From contig NC_043018.1 of NCBI RefSeq assembly GCF_006345805.1, forward strand, positions 16,802,001-16,866,000: a stretch of 64,000 nucleotides of DNA, in the 5' to 3' direction. A program made the position numbers and the translations under genes. Positions 24,823 through 37,690 of the stretch are shown here, piece after piece. The DNA comes from Octopus sinensis. Taxonomy: Eukaryota. The notes below the pieces were generated by a model. That model was not told the origin of the DNA and did no database searches. It saw nothing but the letters and a program-made list of their open reading frames with translations. How positions within the stretch are numbered: the stretch's first letter is position 1; the number at the start of each line of letters is the position of its first letter.

Positions 24823-25954
24823 CCTATTTTTGGCCCAAAACTTAGGAGTTTTCCAGAGAACCTAGTATTAGTATAAACTGGCATAGGGTGTATTCCCAGT
24901 ACCAGTTATATGTTGAGGGATTTAATTTTTCTTTCTTAGAAAGACTTTATGAAATATGCAAAATTCTTTCGATTTACATCAGCGGACAGAGAGAGGTGTT
25001 CTATATTCAAGATTCGATGGCTGTTTGCGTTAGCAACACCTTTTATTAAATCGAACATTAATGATAAAACTTCGTTATAATTTTCTGACTGATCTCATAG
25101 ATTGTAACGATTTTTTTTTTTTAAAAACAACAAATCACTACTTCAGAGACATAATATTTCAACTCTGAAACGGATTTCCCTAATCAAAAACAGTAAATTC
25201 TATCAAAGACCGTGGAACCGTCGTTTACCACGTTGCTGCTTTAAGAGAACATGAAACACTAAAATCAACAACAACAGCAGCAACAACAACAACAACAACA
25301 ACATAAAACCACGAAATATCAACACATCATTCATTATTCTTGCTGTCATCATAAACTCTTTCTCTCTATTCCTCCTTCTCTTTCTGTCACTAACTCTCTC
25401 CTCCTTTATCTCCTTAACAAATCAAATGCTGACAACACCACTACCGCCACCACCACCATCACAACCACCACTACTACCATCATCATCATAATTATCATTG
25501 TCGTCGCCACCACCAACACCAACATTATCAACGCCACATCTGTTCTTACTCTGTCATCATCATCATCATCATCATCATCATTAATATCATCACCATCAGT
25601 ATTATCCTCAGCAACTTCACACTAAAATTTATTTCCTTACAACTAATAATATCTTTATCACCACACCACCACCACCACCACCACCACTACCACCACCACT
25701 ACCACCACCATCTTGCCACCAACCAACACGCAAGTCACGGTGACTTCTGCGACCACAATCAACACTTCCCCTGCTCAACCCTAATCGATCGTGTAAAAAG
25801 ACTGATTAAGCAGCAGAGAAAACTCCTTTTGGCACAGTTGCAATAATACTGACACGTTTGTAAATACGCTGTAGCATGGCCAATTCTGGTGAATTGGTAG
25901 GCGAAGTGGGGTGCCAGACTGACATACATATTACAATATTTATGGACATCAAGG

Positions 25955-26155
25955 TGTCGAGCTGGCAGAATCGATAGCACGCCAGGCGAAATGCTTAGCG
26001 GTATTTCGTCTGCGGTTACGTTCTGAGTTCAAATTCCGCCGAGGTCGACTTTGCCTTTCATCCTTTGGGGATCGATAAATTAAGTACTAGTTGCGTACTG
26101 GGGACGATCTAATCGACTGGCCCTCTCCCCCAAAATTTCAGGCCTTCTACCTTTA
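25955..26155 (+). mobile_element. SINE family C, tail type 2
   Basis: Head, core and tail match the other copies. Confidence 0.85.
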
Positions 26156-26902
26156 CCAAGGAAGACGGTAAACATATTCGTCAGTTACCCTTTGTCATTC
26201 GATCTCGGAATCGCACCTTCCGCCAAACAAACGCTCGCTCATACCTCACCACGGTCGATACATCAGGAATTCCACTCTTTCCTCCCAGGCGTCAAGTAGA
26301 TGTCTCGACTAAACACCAAACCGTATCGATTTTAGCAATCGAGGGAAAACCTACAGAGGTCATCGAAGTAGTATCTCTTCTTTTTCCAGTGATAATACAA
26401 AATCGAATTAATAACATCAAATAGTGTTTGGAAATTCAGCCGAGTAATGCGACAATGATATAGAATAGTGATTACTGGACAGGGTATTGACGTATATTGA
26501 TCAATGAATATTGATTTATATTAATCTATCAAGGTGATTTGAAACAATCGATCTTGAAAAATACCTGGCGAACACTAAGTTTAGAATCATGAAATATTTA
26601 GTATCGCACATTCTCTCGTTTCTGTTAGAATTTGAGGGAAGATATCGCACAAGTATATGGAGCTTATAAAAGATATTACACTTAAGACGTGATCAATAAG
26701 GAACTTATGATACTCATATGTTGTCAGTTGAAGAGAATATGGCACTATCCTATGACGAAAGAATATATAACACTATATATAGTCGCTAAGTAAATTATTA
26801 CTAAAAGATACGGCACTATTATGTTGGTTATTAGGGAACCTATGATACTGATAATTAGTTTTGGGATTTGGTTTGCAAGATTCTTTATTACGTGTGTTGA
26901 AG

Positions 26903-27183
26903 CATATTCTGCTGTGTCTGGGGAGAGTCATTCTCTATTAGTGCCTTATTATTTAACACACTCACCGGTAAAATTTCCACTTATTTCTTATTTATATTTT
27001 CTAAAATTTTCGTTGCGTCTTGCAATAGTCCGAACGGACAGAATCAAGACTATTGAAAAGGTTGCAAGACGCAACGAAAATTTAAAAAATAAAAATAAGA
27101 TATAAGTGGAAATTTTACCGGTGAGTGTGTTAAATAATAAGGCACTAAAAGAGAATGACTCTCCCCAGACACAACAGAATATG
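26903..27183. mobile_element. MITE-like foldback with ~122-bp inverted arms
   Basis: 26903-27025 is a near-perfect reverse complement of 27062-27183; 36-bp spacer. Confidence 0.85.
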
Positions 27184-28157
27184 ATACTGATATTTGGCCG
27201 TTAAGGAGACTATGATACTAATACAGGGTCACTAAGTAACTTATTACACTAATATTTCGTCACGAAGAAAGAAATTACACTAATATATTGTCACTAAGGA
27301 AGATATACGAAATGTCGATAATTATTCAGTCTCTAACTGGAGTCCCGAATAAGTTGGAACGATGGTTTACTACAATCTTTAAGCCTTTATAGTTTGCTTG
27401 TTTCAGTCATTAGATTGCGGCCAGGCTGGGGCACCACCTTGCAAGATTATAGTTGAACGAATCGACCCCAGATCTTGAAATCGGAACAAGATGTCTGATA
27501 AATAGTTGTTTTATTCGAGGAGTAATTAATGACAATAAGCAAGAATAATGATAAAACGAGTGGAAATATCTAAAATAATATAGAAAGAGCAGAAGTCGGA
27601 GGAGGAAGCGGAGAAGGAGGTGGAGGAGGAGGAGGGGGAGGGGGAGAAGGAAGGGGAGAAAGAAGAAAATTGCTTTTTCCATTTGTGTTCGACATATGGA
27701 AGGTTTCTCTCGTCTGTTTATTTGCAAGAATTAATTCGATAAAAGTCTTCTTTCGCAATTTTTGATATTTTAGCTAAATTATTATTATTACATCAGCAAC
27801 AAGAGAAAAAAAAACACCACCACCACCACCACAACCACTACCACTACCACCATCTACAACGTCAACGAAAGAATGGAAGAAGCTAAATGGAAGGTTAAAG
27901 GAGACTTATTAGTAATAACAAAAAAAAAAAAGCAGAAAATAGGACAATTACTCTATAAAATATGAGGAAAATGACAAAAACGGTAACGAAGTTAAACTAA
28001 AAGACAAAAAAAAAAAGAAACAAGAATTGATTAATCGATCGCTTAGATATTGATAGGGTTTTGTTTTATATTGTTTAGAAAATGGTTTTAATAATCTGAT
28101 AAAGCTGCGTAACCCTAAACTGTTCTCTGTCTGTCTGTCTGTCTATCTGCCTGTCTG

Positions 28158-28206
<49 letters not shown>

Positions 28207-28773
28207 TATACAAGCACATATACACACATATGCAAAAACACATACACGCACGCAATCATTCTCACTGTCTGGCTATCTTTACCGCCCTCATGCTTTAATT
28301 CTGACACTCTCTGACACTCTCTTTTGCTCAATCCAAACTCCATGTATTTAATATTATGCCTTCCTCTGAAACCAGCATCCTAAACGGCAATTAAAAGGTT
28401 TCTCCCCAACCACAAATGATACTAAACTATAAACTCGGCTGCGAGAAATCTTCAATGGCCTCCCGAACGACCCTCTTCCATCCCTAAACAAAACACTCTC
28501 CAGTCGGTTTCGGTTAATAAGGGATTAGAGAAACATAGTTTCTTATTTGGAAATTTCCACATTAACAACGTGAAAAATAGACAACTAGGAAGCCTGTATG
28601 CACAAAAGAGCAGCCAAATAACCCACAAATCACGCCTTTCGATGGACACAGTTTAAGGAAAACATGGACAACTCAAAAAGGATGGGTGGTTATGGCAAGA
28701 ATACCTTTCATTAACTTTGTTCTGTTGCATCGGGTTTGACCACCACCACCACCACCACCACCACCACCACCAG

Positions 28774-29195
28774 TGGAGGCGCAATGGCCCAGTGTTTAGG
28801 GCAGCGGACTCGCGGTCGGAGGATCGCGGTTTCGATTTCCAGACCGGGCGTTGTGTGTGTTTATTAAGCAAAAAATACCTAAAGCTTCACGAGGTTCCGG
28901 CAAGGGGTGGTGGCGACCCCTGTTGTACTCTTTCGCCCCAACTTTCTCCCACTCTTTCTTCCTATTTCTTGTCCCCGACTTCCTACGCAACCGCTGAGCC
29001 TGGATGCGCATTCGTCCATCCGTCGATGCTCTCGGTGTCGGGGGTTTGACCTGCTTTCTCTTCTGCGGGTCTTACGAATAGAATAGCAAAGGACCACGTT
29101 TCGGACTTCTCCCATCTTGCGAGCACTGGGACGAAGACCGTTCGTTCAACAACAACAACGACAACAACCACCACCACCACCAACAACAACAACAT
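28774..29195 (+). mobile_element. SINE family B variant with alternative 3' tail ending in (CAA)n
   Basis: B head and body to ~28975, then a tail unlike other B copies. Confidence 0.8.
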
Positions 29196-29504
29196 GTAAA
29201 GCGAGCCACTAAGGAAGTCCCTCTCTATATAGGTCTGTGTGTTTGTGTATTTGTATATCTCGGTGCGTGTGTGTGTGTGAATGTGTACCGTGCGCGGTGT
29301 GCGTGTGTGCGTGTGTTGTCCTGTTTACAGCACCGCGTTCTTCTGTTTTCTCCATTTTCGTTCATGGAAGATTTATGTTGCGTAGAGACGAGTCGTATTG
29401 TCAGGTGCTTATGGTTAGTTTGTGTGATTATATCGGAGCGTATAGCCTCGCTCTACCCCTTCCACTCTCCTTCCTCTCTATACATCTCTCTCTCTCTATC
29501 CGAT

Positions 29505-29509
29505 CTATT

Positions 29510-29593
<84 letters not shown>

Positions 29594-29597
29594 CATA

Positions 29598-29652
<55 letters not shown>

Positions 29653-29806
29653 CAGCATGGCTGTAGCTCTGAGCTGAAGCTAGAAAAAAATATATATCTA
29701 TAAATTATATATATATGTATATATATATTATATAATATATATAAATTATATTTATATATGTATATATATATATATGTATGTATATATATATGTATATATA
29801 TATATA

Positions 29807-29854
<48 letters not shown>

Positions 29855-29860
29855 TATATG
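29505..29860. repeat. (TA)n microsatellites
   Basis: Direct. Confidence 0.95.
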
Positions 29861-30193
29861 AATTGTAGCAGATAGAGATGATGTGGCACTAATTAGGTGA
29901 AACCTCTGGTATATATTTCTTTTCCTTTTTAGCGTATAAAACTTTGTGAACGTAGGTGGATCAAACAACGAAGTTGAAAGAAACGGAATACTCAGGTGTA
30001 TATAAACATTTACGACCAGCCACACACACACACGTACATACATACATTAATGCGTTTACACACACACACACACGGACACACAAACACACGCACGCACACA
30101 CATATATACGCATTGTCTTATGTGAGTTTATTTCTGCTTACATTCACATGTATACAAATACATACGCGTATGTAGAATTCTGTAAGTGTGCGT

Positions 30194-30235
<42 letters not shown>

Positions 30236-30874
30236 ATACATACATATATACACATACATATATATATATATATGTATGTGTGTATATATGTATGTATGTA
30301 TGTATATATGTATGTATCTATATTTATGTATATGTGGATGGATGTATATGTATTTAAAGAGATACGTTACTGTGTATGAGTATGAACGTGCACACACGTA
30401 ATCGATTAAAAAATCCGGTGTAAAATCGACTCCTACATGCCAACACTTTCGTTTCTGCTACGCCATCAACACCACATCATCAATATTTGTTTTATCACCC
30501 TCTTCCATCAATACCATTACTGCTATGGCTCACCATCATTGTGTAACCATTATCATTATTACATCTAATGCTGCCCCATTAACGTCTGCAGTTGAAACAC
30601 ATGTCAACGCACACATACTCACACACACACAGCCACACACATCTTCGGACACGCACACACATAGTCACACATTAATGTATAATAATGCTATTTAGTTTAC
30701 AAGTAGGTAATCGAATTTTCCTGTTAGAGATCGAGACCAGGTAGAAAGGTGAAGTGAGGTGGAATCCAACAATGGTTAAACAAAACTAGACAGCTCAATA
30801 CATCTGCAATTTATATCCATCAAGAATCGTCTTCTAAGGAAACTGTGTATATTTCAAATATCTAAATATACATA

Positions 30875-31255
30875 GGAGTACTCCGTCGGTTGCGACGATG
30901 AGGGTCCCAGCTGATACGATCAATGGAACAGCTTGCTCGTGATATTAACGTGCAAGTGGCTGAACACACCACAGACACATGTACCCTTAACGTAGTTCTC
31001 GAGGAGATTCAGCGTGACACAGAGTGTGACAAGGCTGGCCCTTTGAAATACAGGTACAAGAGAAACAGGAAGAAAGAGCGAGAGAAAGTTGTGGTGAAAG
31101 AGTACAGCAGGGTTCACCACCACTCCCTACCGGAGCCTCGTGGAGCTTTAGGTGTTTTCGCTCAATAAACACTCACAATGCCCGGTCTGGGAATCGAAAC
31201 CGCGACCCTCCGACCGCGAGTCCGCTGCCCTAACCACTGGGCCATTGCGCCTCCA
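30875..31255 (-). mobile_element. SINE family B
   Basis: Near-identical to 8941-9320; AATATACA on both flanks. Confidence 0.9.
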
Positions 31256-31418
31256 ACCTCAATATACAACGACATCAAGCTTAGTTTCTATTCTGATTTT
31301 ATGGTAAAATATTTTGAAGTTTAAGTTTAGGGAGAGAGAAATACAGTTTTGTCATAAACAATTGGTTGTATGGAGCGACTGAGAATTTGGAGAGAGATTT
31401 AATTTGTTTGTAACGATA

Positions 31419-31831
31419 TATTTCTTTACTACCCACAAGGGGCTAAACAGAGGGGACAAACAAGGACAGAAAAAGGGATTAAGTCGATTACATCGACCCC
31501 AGTGCGTAACTGGTACTTTATTTATCGACCCCGAAAGGATGAAGGGCAAAGTCGACCTCGGCGGAATTTGAACTCGGAACGTAACGACAGATGAAATGCC
31601 TATTTATTTACTACCCACAAGGGGCTAAACACAGAGAGGACAAACAAGGATAGACAAACGGATTAAGTCGATTACATCGAAACCAGTGCGTAACTGGTAC
31701 TTAATTTATCGACCACGAAAGGATGAAAGGCAAAGTCGACCTCGGCGGAAATTAAACTCGGAACTTAACGACAGACGAAATACGGCTACGCATTTCACCC
31801 GGCGTGCTAACGTTTCTGCCAGCTCACCGTC
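31419..31831 (-). mobile_element. Dimeric SINE family C
   Basis: Two ~182-bp units; 18-bp TSD AATTTGTTTGTAACGATA (31401-31418, 31832-31849). Confidence 0.9.
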
Positions 31832-32036
31832 AATTTGTTTGTAACGATAGAGACAGAGAAAGCGAGAAGAAATCGAGAAGGCAAGAAAATATAGATAAAG
31901 GAAGAAGAGAGATACTGAACTGGAAATTTTGATCATTTGAGTATTTTACTTAATAATAGTGGCTCTAGTAAATAAATTTTCGTGGATTTACTTCCATGTG
32001 GAATCATGATGAAAATATATATCTTGTTCCTGATTC

Positions 32037-32037
32037 G

Positions 32038-32070
<33 letters not shown>

Positions 32071-33165
32071 GTGTTATTGAAGCAACGGTAAATAATGTTT
32101 TCGCCAGACTATAGTGAGGAATTCGACTATTCAATCGAGTCTAAATTGGAACGGAATATGCTCCACTGGGCTACTTCTGCACAGTCTTTGAATTTCTGTC
32201 ACCTCAATACATGTTAGTTGGAAAATGGCTAAATTCTAAATTGCACGATGTCGGAGTATTTGCAGTAAGCGTGCCGAATTCCTGCAGTCTGAATTCTAAT
32301 CTGATCGCGATCAAGTTTGCCTTTTATTCTTTCGGTGTCAATAAAAAAAATATATCGACTTAGGAAACTGGATTGGTGGAACAGTAAAAGTATCCGCCTG
32401 GATGCCTTGCGGCCACACTATCAAATACACTTCGAGTCTCGTCGAGTTTCTGGTAAAAGTCGTTCTTGTCCAATTCCCCAAAAGATTCAGCCCTCAACAA
32501 TGGTTAACGGATCAATGAAGAATCTCGCCGACGATAAATGGACGTTTTATTTTATTATATTTTAGCCAAGAGGGATGACTGATGGCAGTGACTTACAAAA
32601 CCTCCCAGAGTGGTGGAAGGGAGCAGCTATCCTTAATTCGTAAATATGGAAAGAATGTTTGCTACGGAGTTGCCTCCACTAATCGTACCCATGGTACCAG
32701 TGTTAAACTGCATGACAGATTAACTCTATCGCCCGTGTAAGTCACGGAAGTTGGGGGGTGGGATATGAACTGAAACACAAAACGCTGGAAGAAGCATCGC
32801 AAGGCATCCAGGCGAATATTTTTACTCTTCCACCAATCCAGTATCCTAAATCGATATTTTTTTTTATTGACACCGAAAGAATAAAAGGCAAAGTTGATCT
32901 CGACCCGATTAGAACTCAGACTGCAGGAATTCGGCACGCTTACTGCAAATACTCCGACATCGTACAATTTAGAATTTAGCCATTTTCCAACTAACATGTA
33001 TTGAGGTGACAGAAATTCAAAGACTGTGCAGAAGTAGCCCCGTGGGGCATATTCTGTTCCAATTTAGACTCGATTGAATAGTCGAATTCCTCACTATAGT
33101 CTGGCGAAAACATTATTTACCGTTGCTTCATTAACACCACACACACACACACACACACGCACACC
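32037..33165. repeat. Large inverted duplication: arms 32037-32411 and 32798-33165
   Basis: Arms are reverse complements (>90% by eye) and include unique sequence, (GT)n and a SINE-C relic. Confidence 0.95.
32597..32769 (-). pseudogene. Candidate Ig-domain (I-set-like) exon, frame-disrupted
   Basis: ttttgtgtttcag|FISHPPTSVTYTGDRVNLSC matches F-x3-P-x7-G-x2-V-x-L-x-C; gtaagt donor at 32591-32596; in-frame TAG at 32662-32664. Confidence 0.4.
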
Positions 33166-33813
33166 TCAGACTGCAGGAATTAGGCACGCTTACTGCAAAT
33201 AGTGCAAAAGCTTTTTGCCCGATATTGCGGCCAGACTTCCAGTTCCTTTTCTCGCCAATGGAACCAGAGCTAAACATTTTGTATTACATTAGGTCGACAT
33301 GCAACACAGCTGTGTTCTTTGCTTTTATCCTAACATTAGTCGTGTATCAAAGTAGCATCAGATAAGATTTGATTCGCTTTTCCTTTGCTAAAAGTTCTTC
33401 TGTGATCTGAAACCTCTTCTTCACAGCAACAACTAACCTTATTTCATAACTTTACATTTGATATTTGTTTCACTGTTTGGACATTCGATATTCCTTTCTG
33501 CGTTTCGATATAAAACTTCAAGTCTTACATTTCGTATTTTCTTTTCATTTAATTCTTTTTATTCTTTTCTCCTCATTTCAAACGCTGCCTGCCTCGTTTG
33601 GTTCCCTCAAGATCCATAGGTTTAGTCATTGACCTTTTTGTACAAATATCTAATCAATAATCAATACACGACCAGAATGACCTTTGCCATTACCGACATC
33701 ATCGTCAATGGCCGGTTGCTTCTTATCGAAGTGATCAAAGCAAATCATTTTTTAAATGCCAAGATGAATATTAAACTGGAAGGTCATCGATTATAGATTG
33801 GAATATACAAAAG

Positions 33814-33867
<54 letters not shown>

Positions 33868-33872
33868 CCTCC

Positions 33873-33923
<51 letters not shown>

Positions 33924-34099
33924 ACAACAAAGCTGAGAACAGCAACAGCCGTGCAGTAGAAAGAATAAGGAAAGTTTCACTAAACAAAATCTCAGTCATT
34001 CTGTTCAGTACTTTACTACCTTTAAACCGGCATAACTCTTATAAAGCGGCACACATCTGTCTTAGGACGCGATCGACTATTAATATAAACAATCTTAGC

Positions 34100-34704
34100 A
34101 ACTTCTACGTAACCAACAAAAATTCGAAACAAAAGTAAATGGAAGGAATCTCGGTAGTGAATACATGGGACTTGCTACTATTAAGGGACACTGTTCTGTT
34201 TTGAGTAGAGAAGAGAAGGAACAAGAGTAAGGAAGAAGAGGTGGCTAGAAATATTCAAAAAGTCTGTGGAACGATCGGGAAATTCAGGAACAAAAGGAAG
34301 AACAACAAAAGTACAGAAATCTGGTTGTGGCTGACGAGTTGAAACCGGAAGCAAGAAAGCGATTCACTAATTATAACCACTTGGAAACAAGCCATTAGAA
34401 GGAATTTGATAAAAGCAAAGATTAAGAAAATTCTGCCAGAGTAAAAGCGGTATCTGTGGGAGAGTGATGAAAGGATTAACTACCTCTAAAATGAACGCTG
34501 TAAGCTAGCATAAAAAAAAAAAACAGTACATAGGCGCAGGAGTGGCTGTGTGGTAAGTAGCTTGCTAACCAACCACATTCCGGGTTCAGTCCCACTGCTT
34601 GGCATCTTGGGCAAGTATCTTCTGCTATAGCCCCGGGCCGACCAATGCCTTGTGAGTGGATTTGGTAGACGGAAACTGAAAGAAGCCTGTCGTATATATG
34701 TATG

Positions 34705-34735
<31 letters not shown>

Positions 34736-35420
34736 TTGTGTGTCTGTGTTTGTCCCCCTAGCATTGCTTGACAACCGATGCTGGTGTGTTTACGTCCCCG
34801 TCACTTAGCGGTTCGGCAAAAAGAGACCGATAGAATAAGTACTGGGCTTACAAAGAATAAGTCCTGGGGTCGATTTGCTCGACTAAAGGTGGTGCTCCAG
34901 CATGGCCGCAGTCAAATGACTGAAACAAGTAAAACAGTAAAACAGTAAAACAGTACAAGCGCAGGCAGGACTTGATAAGTAAAATGGTATGTTAGACGAA
35001 TATAAAAAGTGAAAGCAGCTGAAAAGTGATATGAACACGAACCAGAAGCTACATTGGAGAATAAGAATAGAAGTAATTTAAGGGATTTCCCTGCGAAGAA
35101 TGATCAAATTACTAAAGTAAGAAGACCAGATTCTAGAGAAGAAAAACAAAACAAACAATGTAAGGCGATAGACTTTGGAATAACAAGGATAATGGAGAGA
35201 ATGCCAAAGAAATATCAGGACCTAACCAAAGGGACGGGAGACTAATATGACAAAAAGGGGTGAATGGTACTTTTCGTGCAAAATCTAGACCACTACCTAG
35301 CAGGCGGAAGGTTATTGAGATTAAAACTCACACTGTCGACATATAGAAATATACCATTCCAAATTTTAAAGAATCTTAACAAAAATTTTCCAGATTTTGA
35401 GGAGACTCGATCTTACCAAG
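34100..35420 (+). mobile_element. Possible heavily decayed RTE ORF2 region, interrupted by SINE A
   Basis: Purine-rich remnants such as KYQDLTKG...YDKKG resemble RTE pre-RT motifs; many stops. Confidence 0.3.
34533..34955 (+). mobile_element. SINE family A, full length
   Basis: Matches 8215-8643; TSD AAAACAGTACA (34520-34530, 34947-34957). Confidence 0.92.
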
Positions 35421-35549
35421 CTTTAAGAGAACATCTCTACTATATTAAACAGCGTGTAATACACTTAAGAAGAAGAAGAAGAAGAAAAAGAAGAAGAAGA
35501 AGAAGAAGAAGAAGAAGAAGAAGAAGAACAACAACAACAACAAGAAGAA

Positions 35550-35587
<38 letters not shown>

Positions 35588-35614
35588 AGAGCAACAACAA
35601 TAATAATTTCAATG

Positions 35615-35828
35615 GCTTCAAAATTTGACACAAGGCCAGGAATTTCTTGGGATGTGCGTAAGTCAATTACATCAATCCTAGTGTTCAATGGTACTTAATT
35701 TATCGACTCTGAAAGGATGAAAAGCAAAGTCGATCACGGCGGAATTTGAACTCAGAACGTAGCGACAGACGAAATACCGCTAAGCATTTGGCCCGGCATC
35801 CCAACGATTCTACCAGCTCGCCACCTTA
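35615..35828 (-). mobile_element. SINE family C, tail type 2
   Basis: Head, core and tail motifs. Confidence 0.8.
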
Positions 35829-36097
35829 ATATAATAATAATAATAAACACTGATTTATTGCCCACAGTTTCCGTATTTCCTCCTTCCATTCATCATAGTT
35901 ATTTAGTTCTTCTTCTTCTTCTCGTTGACCCTGTTGCCACCAGGTCATGTTATCGGGCATGTTGTTTTCCTTTTCTGTTCACGATAACAATGTCAGGCTT
36001 CCGATCCCTAATCCGACGGTTACACTGAATCATTGCATCCCACAGGGTTTTGTAATTTTCATTGTCAGTCATTTCCTCTGGTCATACCACGTCTCTG

Positions 36098-36605
36098 TGG
36101 AAGCGCAATGACCCAGTGGTTAGGGCAGCGGACTCGCGGTCATAGGATCGCGGTTTCGATTCCCAGACCGGGCGTTGTGAGTGTTTATTGAGCGAAAACA
36201 CCTAAAAGCTCCACGAGGCTCCAGCAGGGGTTGGTGGTGATCCCTGCTGTACTCTTTCACCACAACTTTCTCTCACTCTTACTTCCTGTTTCTGTCGTAC
36301 CTGTATTTCAAAGGGCCGGCCTTGTCACTCTCTGTGTCACGCTGAATATTCCCGAGAACTACGTTAAGGGTACACGTGTCTGTGGAGTGCTCAGCCACTT
36401 ACACGTTAATTTCTGTTGTACCTGTATTTCAAAGGGCCGGCCTTGTCACTCTCTCGTGTAACGCTGAATATCCCCGAGAACTACGTTAAGGGTACACGTG
36501 TCTGTGGAGTGCTCAGTCACTTACACGTTAATTTCACGAGCAGGCTGTTCCGTTGATTCGGATCAACCGGAACCCTCATCGTCGTAACCGACGGAGTGCT
36601 TCCAC
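36098..36605 (+). mobile_element. SINE family B with internal ~121-bp tandem duplication
   Basis: 12-bp TSD ACCACGTCTCTG (36086-36097, 36606-36617); ~36290-36410 repeated. Confidence 0.92.
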
Positions 36606-37184
36606 ACCACGTCTCTGATCTTTCTAGCCGGAATGACTTTAAATTCCGAGGCACGTTGTTGCAAAACGAACTTTCGCCCTATCTGCCAAAGAAGTGCTAA
36701 AATACTAAGGAAATTGGGGGGGGGGGGAAGGATAAAATTTGAAACGTTTGGAAACAAGAATGAGCTTTCCTCTTTCGCCCACATGCTTTACCGATTCTAT
36801 ATCTTCAAATCAGCATCCGCCCCTCTGTCTATGTTGTCCAGAGCCCTCCCTGTATATTGACGTCAGTGAATCGGTATCTCCAGTTCAGCTTTTTGACGTT
36901 CTCTCTATTCAGTCTGTTAACAGTGACGTAGATGTAAACATTTACCCAATTAGGAGAGAGTCAAGTCTAATATTTCCATTACGTATTTTTCAACACTTAG
37001 CATGGAATCATTGCAAGAAAGTCTGTTAGCTTTATTGCGATTTTAGGTAACGCGACCAAAAGGAAATTTCTATAAAATTTTTAGCGTTTTGAGTGCGCCA
37101 CGTTCTCTGATAAGTTAATGGCTAATATTAAAGTGAATGGTTATTATGGCAAGCAGCAAGAGATACATTCCAGATTCATTGTAT

Positions 37185-37690
37185 TATGTGTGGGCGTGTG
37201 TGTGTATATGTATGTGTATATGTGTGTGTATGTGTGTATGTATGTATGTATGTATGTATATGCGTATGTGTGTGTATGTATGTGTGTGCATGTATGTGTG
37301 TGTATGTGTGTATGTGTATGTGTGAGCGTGCGTGTGTGTGTGTGGGCGTACGTGTGTGTGTATGTATGTATGTGTATATGGATGTGTGTATGTGTGTGTG
37401 TGTATGTATGTTTATGCGCATGTGTGTGTGCGTGCGTGCGTGTGTATGAGCGTGTGTGTGTATGTGTATGTGTGCGTGTGTGCGTATATGCGCATGTGTG
37501 AGTGTGTGTGTATGTGCGCGCGTGTATGTGTATGTGTATGGTTCTATGTGTGTATATGTGTGCGCGTGCGTGCGTGCCTGGTTGTGTGTGTGTCTGCGAG
37601 CGTTTGCGCGTGCATGTGTGTGTATATATGTATGCGTGCGTGTCAGTGTGTATGTGCGTGTATGTGTGTGTGTGCGTGTGTGTACACTTA
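37185..37690. repeat. Cryptic (GT)/(GTAT) tract
   Basis: Direct. Confidence 0.9.

Noticed and set aside
26161-26424. Met-less open frame of ~87 codons
   Set aside because: No recognised motif; weak splice signals.
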